A stretch of 64,000 bases of DNA, taken from the NCBI RefSeq assembly GCF_009914755.1, contig NC_060926.1; one strand, written 5' to 3'. This document shows positions 26,641 through 40,459 of this stretch, piece after piece. The stretch is from the human T2T-CHM13v2.0 reference genome, Homo sapiens. The position numbers were made by a program, and so were the translations under genes. Numbering within the stretch: position 1 is the stretch's first letter; each line of letters opens with the position of its first letter. The notes below the pieces were generated by a model. That model saw nothing but the letters and a program-made list of their open reading frames with translations, did not search any database and was not told where the DNA came from.

Positions 26641-29004
26641 GTGGCTTCTTGTGAACTTCACTCACTGGCCTGCCCTCTGGCTGGAGGGGATTATGAGCAG
26701 GTAATTTTCTGACTCCTAATATGGGAAACAGCAAAATAAGGAGAGTTTTCAAAGATATTGCACAGCTGTCAATGTCCAACAAAGATATTTTTGCCTCCAT
26801 TTGCATCTGAATGAAAAAAATTAATTTCAGGAGTATGTAGAATTTTATAGTGATCTACAACATATTTTCATGTAATATTATGATGAAGGCACATTGTCTT
26901 CCTGTAAACAAAACTGATTTTTCGTATTAAAATGAACTGTTTTGTTAATTTGGTAATAAATTTGCTTTTGATTGATGTTCACCATCTGACTGGACAGCCC
27001 CAAGGTTATTAGTGGATTTCATTCTAAATGATTAAGTTATTAACGTATTAAATTATGAATATATCTTCCCATTGAAACAAAGTTATCATGGGTGACTCAG
27101 TTCCTGTGTGTATTTTAAAATGTGTTTCACATTCCAGTGGAAGCTCCTAGAACGCAAGCTGCTTGGCATCTTCAGAAGAGAAGTGAAAGGGAACCGGGAT
27201 GGAGTCATTTGTGGGCACAGTGCCTACAGACACATTGTAGCCATTCAATAAAAGTTGAGGAAGTGTTTCTAGGAATAGATGGTTGGAGGGAGAGAAGGAG
27301 GAAATAAGCCTATGTTTCTAACATGAAGCTGCCTGTGATTGTTGTAATAAACATGGGTTTATTAGAACAATTGCCTTTGGTGGTTTAAAACAGCATTTCA
27401 AAATTCCATCTGTTTTGTTGTCCAATCCCTGAGTCCCAAAGTAGTGAACAATTTGAGAGTCATTTGAAGTGAGTAATTCAAAAAGAAAATAGGCTGTTAT
27501 GAATAACATGTAATGACCAGTTATTTCTCAGAATTATAGAAGTTTCTGTGAAAGTAGTTGGGCTGAATAGATGATCTTCAGAGTATACCATGGAACTATT
27601 TATTTATTTTTAATTTCATTATTAGCTTGTTTTTCTAATGATTTATATATGGTACCTTAAATGGAGGAGGGAATATTATTGAGGCTTCCCATTGCCTTCA
27701 CCTAGGAATACCTATTATATTTTGGTAACCAAAGGTCCTTTCAGCAGCAAAAATGCTGTTTGCTTGATTGTTACACAACGAGGTTGCTGGAGCTTCCTAC
27801 CTAGACTCGGGGAGAATAAGTTGACCTGCTTATACTAGGTAATACCTGGTAATTTGTATAATCTGACCTTTCAAAACATTAAAGAACTTGATTTTTTCAC
27901 AATTTAATTAAGCATCTGCTGTGTGCCTGGCAAATGCTAGGCACTTGGTATAAAGAGATGAGCAAAACAACCACAGCCCTTGCCCCATTTGAGCAATTAG
28001 CTGGAATTATATTCTGTGACCTACAGTTTTGAGGATAAAAAGTCTTGTATTTCATTAAAGTTGATATAAGTTTCAAACTCAGAAGATAAAACTTTCTTAA
28101 TATTCCCGAGAAACTTGAGGTATACTAAACATTTCCGGATGGCAGTTTGATTTACCATGTATTTTAATATTGACATAAAATATGATCCTTTTGAGGAAAC
28201 AGAGTTGGGTAATACCAATCTCAGTGCTTAGAAACTAATTTAGATAATAGAATTAAATAACAAAAACAGATTGAGGAGAAATTGAAATTCAGTGTGCAGA
28301 ACCACTTTTGGAGTCACAAGACAGTGATGGCCTACCCTTAGGAGCAAGACAAATGTCTCATTACTGATATTTGACCAAGTTTTCACTTTTTCCTATCAGT
28401 CCATTTTGAAATCAGCTAAGAGTGTTTCAGATAAAGGAACATCACAGAGCCCTGGAGGAGATTAGCATTAACTGATTGACTCCACTTGCTGGGAGAAGGT
28501 CACCCTGCTTGCAATTCGTTCAGTGGTCCTGGAATGTGAACTACTGCACCTGTGATGGAGAAAAGGCAAATCACACACAAAATTGAAGTTCAGGGAGTTT
28601 CTATGGAATCTAGGGTTTTCAACCAGCAAGTTTCATAACCACATAATGACTTGGGGAAAGTATCAAGGGGGTAATAAGAACTTAAAATCTCAGAAATATA
28701 GCACTAAAAGGACGGTTCTTCCCCCACTCCAAGTGCTTTATTTGGCAGAATGTTTCCTTAAGCCCAGAGTCACACTCCTTTTTCTATAAATTTAATAAGC
28801 ACTCAAAAAAATACCATGAATATATGTCCTTTTTCTGGTTTTTTAAAAGGAAAAAAGGTATAAATGATTAAAAAGAAAAACATGTAATGGCTGTACTCAG
28901 GGATATAACTGCTAGCACATTCATTTTTATTTTTCTAGACTTCTAGTCATATTGTCTATGTGTCTGTATGTGTTTAATGCAAAAATGGGATCACAAGCTG
29001 TTCT

Positions 29005-29208
29005 GCCAGGTAGCACAGTGATAAGGTGCACGAGTTTGGAATCTGACCAGGAGTCCTGGGTGTGGTTCCAGCTCTTCGAGTTACCAGCATGTGTTTCTTT
29101 GTCTGTAAGATAACAATAAGGGTGTACCTATTCACAAGATTGTGATAAATAACATAAAGGAGATCATATGTGAAATGCTTAATCTAGCATTTAATAAATG
29201 CTTAATAA
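29005..29208 (+). mobile_element. MIR
   Basis: gcacagtgataaggtgcacgagtttggaatctgac...tttctttgtctgtaagat...atatgtgaaatgctt. Confidence 0.6.
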
Positions 29209-29881
29209 TCCATTCTGTTGTTCCTGTATTCTGCTACACTGTCCCTGTAACACCATGGTTTCCTGTATTGATTGGGGCAAGAGAGGTGGCAAGCAGGGAG
29301 GCACTGATATGTTTTTATTCACAAATTTTTTAAATGCACCCTCTAATAACCAAGGAAAATACATAGCTGTCACTTTATCCTGGCTTATAGGACCTTATAT
29401 TTTTGATATGAAGTTCTGCGTTTTAAATTTTATAAGGCAATATTCAATTCAAAAGTGGCCTCAGTAATTTTTGTCTCTGTTCTAATTGCTGCTTTTGAAA
29501 ATACATAAAATAAACTGTTTAACAGCCTTTTTGGTTCTTTTTCATATATATGATACGTATGTGGTTTTCATATTATCACGAAAAAACTGTAGTACATCAT
29601 GTAAGTACTGTGAATATCATACAGTTGTGCTGTTTTGTCTTCTTCAAGTAGAATTTTATGTCATTTTATAATTTGCCTTAATTTCCAAATAGAAACAATT
29701 TTTGTCCCAATTTTAAATACTATCTAAAAATTAACTTAGATAAGTTTAAATTTTATTTAAGGTTTTTGTGCTCTTGTATAATTTAATGTGGAAATTAAAT
29801 GTTAATATGCAAAACAGGTCCTAAGCTAAATTTTATGACAAAATAAATAAATGTTCCATTTTTTTCTTTCTTTTTCTTTAG

Positions 29882-29916
29882 CTCAACTGAGAAGTCATTT
29901 CCTTGGAGATCAACAG
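29882..29916 (+). CDS. PKP4: PKP4 coding exon (exon 4, 35 nt): (S)STEKSFPWRST(D)
   Basis: Long T/C tract ending tttag| (29880-81); donor CAG|gtatgt at 29917; phases 2/1 join exon 3 to exon 5 in frame; too short for the ORF track. Confidence 0.95.
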
Positions 29917-30481
29917 GTATGTTTTTTATTATATAAAAGTTATGTTTGATAAACACAAATTACATAGCCTACTCTCTTAACTTACTATCTCTTGGTGAAA
30001 TAAGCCAAGCAAAGCCTTTAATAGTGACAATATTGCGCTACATTGCTTTGGAATAGTACTTAATATGCTTAAGTTTTTAGTATAATTGAGTAAATTTGTG
30101 TATGTCAACTGTAATGAAAAAGCATTGAACAGCAGCATTTTTAATATTAACCCCATATCTGAGAGTTTCCATTTCCATCATAAGAAAACACAGGGCTGAC
30201 TTCAAAAAAAGTTATTACGTAATCAAGAAAGCTGCTAATTATACAAGTTGGGTATTTCACTGTGTTTATCATACTCAGAGAAAAGTCGCTTGAAGTTTTC
30301 ATTTTTTTAATGTATCCACATGTAGAATATCTAGTAGCTTCTAACATAGTGTGGTAGCTTTCCATGTAGTCTCTCTATCTTTTCTTTTTAACCTAAATTC
30401 ACCACATAGGAAGGATGAATTACATTAAGGAGACTGTCTGTCACTTACACAAATCGTTGATGTCTTCATACTCAGCCTTCA

Positions 30482-31580
30482 CTCAATAAATGTTTATTGA
30501 GTATTCACATAATGTACTGGGTGCTGTGCACATTGCTGGGCAGAGTGATGGGCATAACACACACTTGTCCCTGTCCCCTTCCCCCATGGAGCTTACATCG
30601 TAATCAGTAATGTGAACAATGTTGTAATGCTGGAATAGGCATTGATGTGTAAATACTTTGGCCCTTTTCAAACAAGACTTGAATTGAGGAAGACTTAGAT
30701 AACCAAATGCCCAGTATCTGAGTTTATCTAAACCTAGTGCCAGGATTCTGGTGTTCCTTATACTGCATACAAGGCACTTGGCTGTCATACAAAGAAGTTC
30801 TTTCCCCCAGAAAAATAGCGTTAACTCAAACTGTTGATGAGGCAGAAACGTGAAAAGCTACCTAACAATAAGGCTTCTAAACAACAGTTTAACACAAGGC
30901 AAGTCACACCATGAAATAATATGTGGTTAACTGCCAAGTAAGTATTATGTGGGAAATACTGATATAAGTGGACAGCCCACATCTGAGATGGCAGAGGAGA
31001 TGGTCCTGCAGCCTTGGGCTTGATGGGCGGCTCTGGAGAGGGCATTGTCACTGGGCAAAAGAAGAGACAACACAAGTGTCACGGGAAGGGAACATTTAAA
31101 ACTGGTCTGGGAGGTGATAAGACGTGCAAAGGCTAGAAGGCTGAAATGGCTGAAATTACAGAGATCTGTAAGTTCCAGGGACTTTATACTCTCTCCGTGA
31201 TCATGGGGAGACACTGAAAATTCTTGAAGCAAAATGTCATATTATTTAAACATTTCTCAGAAGAAACAGCAGAGGTGTGAACTGGTGGGAGGAAAAATTA
31301 GTGACAAGATAGACCAATTGAAAGCTTACTGCAGAATTTGGTGTGTGAGATCATCTAGGCAATTCATAAGGATTTAGAGGCTGGTGTGGTGGTCAGGTGG
31401 GTAGGCAATAACTGTGAGGTTTTGCGTTTGGGAGGATGGTACAGTTAAAACAATTAGGAGTGTCAAAATGGAGAGCCAGTTTCGGTGGGGGTGCTCTGGA
31501 CCACAGTGTGAGATGTGTTGGATTTGAGATGATTAAAGGGCAGCAAGTGACACCACTCAATAAGCATTTAGAAATGTGAT
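30482..31580 (-). mobile_element. Fragmented L2
   Basis: tcaataaatgtttattgagtatt...ccatggagcttacat 3' end followed by purine-rich L2 body pieces. Confidence 0.5.
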
Positions 31581-32439
31581 TACTAAAGAAAGCCTTTATT
31601 CAAATGTGAAGAAAACACTTCTGTTAAACCGATAGGTCCATGCATATTAATACTTTATTATGTGGTTCAGACATGTGGGCCAGAGTGCTGTGGATAAGGG
31701 ACAACTGAGTTAGAGAAAGCATGCCTGAAACCTAGGAGAGCAGCCTATGCCAGGAGAAAGCTGCTGCTTCTTATTCTTGGGAGGTAATGAGAGAATGATC
31801 TGAAATCTGACCAAGGCGGACAGAGGGAGTCAGGTGAGATGCAGTGTTATTTCCCCCACTTTGTCACAGCATTTAAGGTCGTTACTGAGAGTGGGAGCCA
31901 TGTCTGCTCTGTTCAACAAAGTATTCCAAGGGCCTTGTGTGTGGATGGTAGACCCTAGGTGATTCACCACCTGAGCGAATGAATACTGCATACATGAACG
32001 AATAGTAAATGCTGCTTTACACGTCCTAGGAATATTTCGTGTGCATATATTAGCTTCACAGCCAAATTCTAAGCTCTTGCAAAGTGTCTCTTTTTTCTCT
32101 CCTACTTCATGCCTAGAAAATGCCCAACCTTTAGAAGGTATTAAAAGTATACCTAATGAGTAAATGAGGTGAATATTTTCATTTAGTAACAAAATCTATA
32201 TTTTGAAAAAATATATACACAAGGAAGTTATGTTTTTAAAAGTGACAAGAACTATTTTTGATTCATAACTTGACTCACAATGCCTTAAAACCTTTATAGC
32301 CTAACAGGACGTTAGTACAGTATTGCAGGTTTGTTTTTTTTATGGCAAATTTGGCACACATGCATGTGAACTTAATTTTTTGTTTGTTTCTCTTAACAGC
32401 CTTTTCTTTCTTTATGTATAATATACAAATTTCTTTATT

Positions 32440-33260
32440 ATAATAGCTTTATTGAGAGATAATTCATACTATATAGTTTACCCATTTTAAGAATACTCTT
32501 AAATTTTTTTTAGTATATTCTGACTTGTGCATCTATCACCACAATTTTAGAACATTTTCATCACCCCTAAAAGAAACCATGTGCCAGTTAGCTGTCACGC
32601 CATTTTACCCCCAAACTTACCAGTCTTAGGCAACCACTAATCTATTGTACTTTCTTTCCTTATGGATTTGCCTATTCTAGACATTTCAGTTGAATAGAAT
32701 CATACATGTGGTCCTTGTGGCTGGTTCCTTTCACTTGGCATGATTTTTTCAAGGTTCATCCTTATCATAGCATGTAACAGTAGTTTATTCCTTTTTATGG
32801 CTGAATAATATTTATTCATTCATCAGTTGATGGACATTTAGGTCTTACTACTTTTGTCTGTTATGAATAATGCTTTTATGACCATTTGTATAAAAGTTTT
32901 GAATATATGTTTTCAGTTCTCTTAAGTATAAACCTATTAGTGGAATTGCTAGGTCACATGGTAACTCTGTGTTTAACCCGTTAAGCAACTACCAGATTAT
33001 TTTCCAGAGTGGCTGTACCATTTAACATTTCCACTAGTTAAAAATAACGGTTCTACAGGAGAATGGTGTGAACCCGAGAGGCAGAGCCTGCAATGAGCGG
33101 AGATAGCACCACTGCACTCCAGCCTGGGCAACAGAGCGAGACTCCTTCTCAAAAAAAAAAATAATAATAAAATAACAGTTCTGATTTCTCCACATCCTCT
33201 CAAACACGTTATTATCCTTTTTATTATAGCCGTCCTAGTGGGTGTGAAGTAATTTGTTGT
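32440..33260 (-). mobile_element. L1MB-like 3' end, interrupted by a truncated Alu
   Basis: atagctttattgagagataattcatact...ggcaaccactaatct...tggaattgctaggtcacatggtaactctgtgtttaac...ttctccacatcctc. Confidence 0.8.
33056..33168 (+). mobile_element. 5'-truncated AluY-like insertion (3' ~95 nt + tail)
   Basis: caggagaatggtgtgaacccg...gagcgagactcc + A-tail; TSD aaaataacggttct (33041-54) / aaaataacagttct (33169-82). Confidence 0.88.
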
Positions 33261-34143
33261 ATTTTAACCTTACCAACTGCCTTCATCTCGACTTTCTTCT
33301 TTACTTTGTAAATATAATTTTTCTCCTGATTCTAAATGTAATATATACTCATCAAAAGATATTTGGAAAATATTTAAAAAGTACAAAAAGTGGATAAAAT
33401 TACTTATAATCAAGCTCATCACTTAGCCTTTCTGTGCATTTGTGTGTTACATACAGTTTTTTTACCTTTTGAGAGAAATGGGGAACATACTGTATATGCA
33501 GTTACATTTGCCAGTTTTTTTCATGTAATATAAAATTCTTCAAATTCATCTTTAAGAATGCATAATTAATTTATTTCTGAAATAAATAAACACTTTTCTA
33601 GCATGTAATTGTCAATGTTTAAAGCAAACATCCTTGCCCTCTTAAGAACTTCAGGTTTAATGAAGGTGAGCTATAGTGGAGATGTATAACTATATTCAGT
33701 TACAGTTGGGAGATAGGGGAATTCTATAAGGGAAAATCATAAGTATATACGTATTTACCCATATCTCTAGTATCGGACATTCAGATTTTTTCTTATTTTT
33801 TACTATTTTAAATAACAGTGTGGTAACCATCCCTATATATAAAATTGTATTGGTACCTTTGATTTGCCTTAGGCTGGAATTTCAGGAAGAAAATTATTTA
33901 AAGTACTTGAATATTTTAATGCTTTTGCTATATGTAACCAAGTTGCTTTCCTGAAAGATTGTATTAATTTTCCCTCCCTCCAGGTGTATGGGATTGATCT
34001 TCTCATATTGCCACATTAGTGTCATCATTTGTATTTCTAATTATCTAGAGAATATAGAAGTACAATATAGATTGCCCTTTTCTTTTCTATTGGAGACTTA
34101 GTGTTTGATGGATAAGAGTTCTTTGTAACCCAAGGATAATAGG

Positions 34144-34560
34144 TGTATTTATTAGCCAGGGTTCAGCTGGGAAAACAGAACCCATGCCAGGTAGTTCAAC
34201 ATACGGAATTTGATACAGAAAATGTAGTTACGAAAGTGTGGGTTGGAAGATATGAGTGATTAAACAGGATGATGAAGCACCCAAGAGATAATGATACCAG
34301 AAAGCTGCTATCATCCCTAGGACTGCAGAGGCAAAGGGGTAGGTAGATGGTTTTGTCAGTGTCCTAGAGCTGGAGCAGTGGGAGGGGCTTCAGACGGGGA
34401 GATTTCCAGCATTAGGTGAAACCAGGAAGGAGATGCCACCCGTGCCAGAAATGTTGTTTAAAATAGAGCCAGAGAAATACCCTGATTTCCGCATGCAATT
34501 TTTCTCCTAACCCTCACCAGTCTATACACTGGCTGAACTGAGCTGGAGAGGGCAGTTGTG
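34144..34560. mobile_element. ERVL LTR remnant (LTR41-like)
   Basis: tgtatttattagccagggttcagctgggaaaacagaacccatgccaggtagttcaac resembles the recalled LTR41-class terminus. Confidence 0.5.
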
Positions 34561-34764
34561 GATTTTTAATTACCAAAAGCCAAGCAGACACTGCATATAA
34601 TCATGTGTTGATTTACAGTCTAGAGAGAATGAGTTTAGATTATGAAGACACATTAATTATAGTGGACCTATGGCCTTGGCATCCTTTCTACCCCTTCCCC
34701 GTTGCTTAAGTCATTTGACTGCCCTCTTCAGGGTTTTTATCATGGCCAAGTAACAAATATAAGA

Positions 34765-35028
34765 GTACAAAAAAATAGAAAAAAACAATAAGACCTACTA
34801 TTTGATAGCATAACAGGGTGACTATAGTCAATAATTTAATTGTACATTTCAAAATAACAAAAGTATGATTAGATGATTTATAACGCAAAGGATAAATGCT
34901 TAAGGGGATAGATACACTATTCTCCATGATGTGATTATTATGCATTACATGCCTGTATCAAAACACTTAATATACCTTATAAACATATATACCTTCACTG
35001 TACCCACAAAAATTTAAAATTAAAAAAT
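34765..35028 (+). mobile_element. L1MA-like 3' end
   Basis: aataagacctactatttgatagcataacagggtgactatagtcaataat...ggataaatgcttaagggg...tgtacccacaaaaatttaaaat. Confidence 0.85.
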
Positions 35029-35606
35029 TAAGAGAAACCCATATATACTATTACGTGCTTAGTATTTTCCTTTAAATTAAAGTTTTCAAATCTTTTTTTT
35101 ACTTTTCTAGTAGGCTGTGCAATCAGCTGCTAAATATAAAAATATATATGGTACACAAATGTATTAAATGATTTAAATTGAATACATAATAATTAAATGT
35201 TGTCCAAATAGCTCCTCAAGTACTCAAGTACTTTAGTGTTAGGCAGATACTAATTCAGTGGCTAATCTCCCCTCGCCACAGGTGTGTCCATAATTCACAC
35301 TTAATAACTGCATAGTTCCTTATTTTTCTCAGAGCACACTCTTGCCTAAAACTCATATTCAAGCCTAGTAGTTACATTTACTAATTTTTTTTCCTTTGAG
35401 GGGAAGGAGGAAGGGTATTAACTTCTAAACACAGCAATCACAACTGGTATTTACTTTCTAATATTTTAACTGTATAATGTTGTGGTTTTTCTTAAGTTTA
35501 CCCACTTTTCAGCCATATTTATGACATTTAAATTGTAACCATGGCAATAAGCTATAGTTAGAAGAGTAGCAAATTGAAAATTTATGAATAAAATAGTAAA
35601 ATCTTA

Positions 35607-35943
<337 letters not shown>

Positions 35944-38929
35944 TAGTAACTGTAGATGCTATTTATAACTTTGAGTATATATTAATAATTGGGATAAAAC
36001 AGCAGTGTTGCTGCTGCTTTTTCTATAAATTTTGACAATTGTTTTTTTTCTTTGCTGCTTTGACTGCAAAGATACTGAAGATAATATGAAAATCATCTAT
36101 CTTAGAATTAGGCAGTCCTACTCAGAATAAATGAGGAGTGGCTTAAATTTGAAAAATATTTAAAAGACCATCAGTCCACTTAGTCTTTGGCTGGGTCTTG
36201 ACAAAAGCAACCTCTTTATTCGTTTTTTGGTTTCCTATACAAAATTTCACAAAAGGATTTAGGATTGAAGGTCCTCATTTATCCTCATTTATTTTTATAC
36301 TTTGCATGTTTACTTGCAGACACTTTCTCTACCTTTTTTCTTAAGTTTTACAAATTTGACTTGAAAAGCTTAGCTCTTTAAAAGCCTTTCAGCAATAGGT
36401 GGATTGTTAGAGATGCAATGGTTTGATCACTGCTTAGGAGCGATCCCTGCCTACTCAGGTGTTTTCAGGATGTTATATTCTGTTGAAATGTGGTAAACTG
36501 GAACCAGCCTTTGAATTGGATTTTTAAATAGCTAACCTACTGCAGCATCATTTTCTAAGGAAGAGCTTAGGATGCCCTAGGCAGAAGAGATTTTCATTTC
36601 ACTCTCATTTCATTAGATTCAGGAGACTCTAGCTTGCTTGTTTGTGTGTTTATTGTTGAGGGGCTGGGGGCAGAAGTTAAGGAGGGTAGGACATTTGAAA
36701 ACAAAAAGCCCAAGTTTCTGAAGTATGGGAGCTGAGAAAGATACTTCCCAAAGAACGAGGAAGAGCTGCCCATTCTGCCAAACATTTTTATTTTCTCAGG
36801 TCTTTAAACTTCTTCCCTAGAAGTAATAAAGTTGTTTTGGAGCATTTATGCTTTATTATTATCTTGACTTTTGCCCTTTCTCTTCATTATTCTGTACCCT
36901 CTAGCTTACCAGTGTTACATATTTGCATTCTAAAAATATAAATGCACATCTTTTGTGTTTTTTTATGAGGAGCAGTTTATTTATGTTTCAGCTTTGTCTT
37001 TTCTTGCATGTCTTATAACCTTGTGTATTCTGCTGAAACATTTCCGAGGGAATGTTATGTTAGCGCTCCCTTCTGTTTCCATAATATTAGTGTGTCAGTT
37101 TTTCCATTGTTCACTGCTTCACATCTCGAAATATACAATCTCTGTGTGCCATCAAAATTTGAGGTAACTTGTAAGAACGTATATAATACAATAAAAAATA
37201 AACATCAAAATCACAGAAAATACATACTAGAATAATAGGTAAAGGGTGATGAAAGTGAGAAGCATGTATAATCATAATTCTTCATGAGCGAAAATGCTAT
37301 ACAGAATCTTTTTCTTTAAATCCTTTGAATGTACCTCTTTTTAAAGAAAAACACCAACTCAATAATAAAAATAGCTACACACAGTATATGCTACCCATCA
37401 GAAAGAATCTATAGGTTGAAGCCATGGATTGAAGTTTTTTTGTCAAAACAGTCATTGATTGTTACTTAGGTCCCCCAGTCACATTCCATGAAGTGAATTT
37501 TGCTGCAAGTCACAATATCACAGTTTTTCTGTTTGCGAGAAAAAAAAATTACTAGAGTTTAGGTGGTTGCCAACTTGAGTAGATCTGTGTAAAATGCAGG
37601 GGAGGAGAATCGGCCTCAGAATCCAGCCTCCCTCCGCCCCAGCTCTTCCTAGCACATTAGACCAGGAGCAGTCCGTCTTACAGGGCTGGAATGTGCTGCT
37701 CTGTCCCCACCAGCCAGCCAGCCAAGCTCATTCTTTTTAACACTGCTGTGTTCCTAGAAAAAGAAAGTGTTCGAGAAATTGATGGATGTTACGTAGGTGA
37801 TAAAGAATTGGTGCTCATGGGTAAGAAATTAGAGGCCAAAAAAGATTGGAATCTCTACCAAAACAACAAGTGAGAGAAATTTTCTGGTTGACTCAGAAGG
37901 CACTGAGGGGTTAATAGATTTGGATGAACAGGAGAGAAAATAGTAACAATTCTGTGCAGTTAGGAGTTTTGATGTTTGACAGTAAATATGGAAGGGAAGA
38001 AAAAAGACCATAGTAAAATAGGAAGTTTAAAACTGATTCTATAACTTCACAGTGCTGCATTCATTTATTGTATAACAGGTATTGAAGTGGTATGATTTTA
38101 ACATACTATTCATTTAAATCATTACTGTGTGAAATACTGGCATTAGTTAATGTTTACTACTAAATTTAAGACTGTAGGAGCTAGGCTGTGCATTTTGTTT
38201 ATGTATTTAAATTTTGTTTCTAAAATGTATAGATACAAGTTTCTTCCACTGGGATGAGCTTTAAAAAATAAAAATAAAAAAACATCAATACCGAAGATAA
38301 ATGACAAATGAGAAAGTAGTCCTAAGTCAATTTATCTTTTCTTTTTTCCTCCATCTGGTGCAAGTAATTTACAACACAAAAATTCATCAGCACATCATGA
38401 GATAAGAAGTTGACTTAAATTGAAACACTTTATGCCTCAGTAGAAATGTACTGAATTTATAAAGGAGATACAGTAGGAAGTGAGTGTTGTATTGTACATG
38501 TTCATAAACAAAATATTAGATCAGCAATCATGTATAAAGGACTATTATTGAGGATTTTGGATGCCGTCATTTATTATAGCCATAAACTTTACAAATGACA
38601 AAACTTTATCATATATTTCTTCCTGTTTCTCTTCTAAATATAAGGATGATAAGAATTTCTTTTAAAATCAGCTGTAGAGTACAAGTTTCTCTCCCTTATT
38701 TTCTACAGGCCCATTTAGCCACACAGTCTTGACTGCCTTTTTACCAACTGCAGTGCTATAGCTTCCTGATTGCCACTATAAAAGCTCTTCTTAACTTACT
38801 GTTTTAAGATGAAAATAAGATATGCTTCTTTAAAAAAAAAAAAACAGCCTGGAAGAATCTGAGTAAAAGGTAGAAATTTCCTTCATTCCAACATGTTCCC
38901 ATACCATGACCAACACACCTACACAACTG

Positions 38930-38947
38930 CACACACACACACACACA
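38930..38947 (+). repeat. Short (CA)n microsatellite
   Basis: cacacacacacacacaca. Confidence 0.85.
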
Positions 38948-38999
38948 TAATGTATAGGAAAAAATCTGGAATAATGAAACACCCCAGACTGTTAACTGT

Positions 39000-39440
39000 G
39001 TTTGTATGTATGTCTAAGTATCCACACACATTTGAGTTGTTTGTTTTGGTTTAACACAAATGAAGATACACTCTACGTTATTCTGTGACTTTTAAGTTTT
39101 TCCCCTAACATTACAAAGTAATGGATGTGTTTCTATATCAGTATATAAAGCCCTATTTCTTTTTAATGGCTAAATAGTATTCATCGTTTGAAAATTTATA
39201 TAACCAGTTTCTTATCAGTGAACATTTTGTTTTTTCCAGTTTTGTACTTTGACAGACAATGAGAAGATTCTTTCTGCACATATATGAGTGTCTCTGATAG
39301 GATTTCTGTAACTGAAACTTCCTGGACAAGGGTGTATACATTTTAATTTTGACAAATATTGTCAGTTTGCCCACCAGAAAGCTTAACAATTTATGCTCCT
39401 ACTGATAGCACCTGGTAGTCCTATCTACACTTACTATGTT
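39000..39440 (-). mobile_element. Old L1ME-like fragment
   Basis: ctttttaatggctaaatagtattcatc...acattttaattttgacaaatattgtcag...aacaatttatgctcctac. Confidence 0.55.
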
Positions 39441-39873
39441 ACCAGAGTACAGGAATGTAAATCTTCATGATTATTTAAAATTTTAATAAGTTACTAGGCT
39501 TTAACAAAAACATTTGTTTCAAATTTCTCTATATCATAAAACAGGAACAGATTGAACAAAGTAAGATAATTTTTAAATATCATTATTAACTATTCATTAA
39601 ATCATAACACTCCATGGAAACTTGAGCATACCCCGGACCATCATGCTAATTAACTCGTTCTCATGGAGATTGGAGATCAGCATGACCTTAGAATATAGTA
39701 AAAGTATCATACTGTTTCCTGCCAGTTTGGCTTTCTTCTGTCTTCATAGCTGGCTCAAAATGATCAGATACATTTTTCTATCATGAAAAATGCAACAACC
39801 ACTACCAAATCAAGCAAAAAACAAACTTAAAAAATCACCACTGGATATAATTGTGGGTGCCAACATCTCACTC

Positions 39874-40047
39874 CAGAGGTTCCTACACACTGCTATACTT
39901 CAGAGTCACCTGCAGAGCTACTAAAATCTTGACGCCCAGGCATCACCCCCACACAATTTAGTTCGAAAGTCTGAGTTGGGAACCAGGCGTCAGTGGGGTT
40001 TAACGAGTCCCCAGGTGACTCCAGTGTGCACAGTTTGAGAACCACTG
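39874..40047. mobile_element. MER5A-like hAT-Charlie DNA transposon
   Basis: cagaggttcct...cagagtcacctg...ccccaggtgact...gtttgagaaccactg terminal inverted pattern. Confidence 0.75.
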
Positions 40048-40271
40048 CTTTATTCTAAAACCTAGTCATTAAAGAGAAGAATTAAAAATTTATCCTGCCT
40101 GTCCTGTTCATATTTCAGGATAAGTAAATAATCCTAGCTATTATGTAAAATATTCCAAAAGAATTCCTGCTGATAAATGTAGAAAGAATAACAAAATTAG
40201 AAAAATCACTAGTTTGCAAGCTCTAATGAAATAATTCAAGCAAAGATTGTCAGTGGATGCTAAAACCTCTT

Positions 40272-40459
40272 AAGTTCCCAACCCTAGCTGCACAGTAGAA
40301 TCACCCTGGGAGTTTTTTAAAGTTCCATTATTCAGAATACAGCTTAGACTGATTGAATTGGAATCTCTGAGTGTGGGACTTGGACAGCAATAGTGTTAAA
40401 ATTCCACCCAATTTTCAACCCAGGTGATTGCATTGTACAACCAAGGCTGAGAACCATCG
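40272..40459. mobile_element. MER5A-like element nested in an old L1 fragment (~40100-41030)
   Basis: gttcccaaccctagctgcacagtagaatcaccctggg...cccaggtgattgc...ggctgagaaccatcg. Confidence 0.7.
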
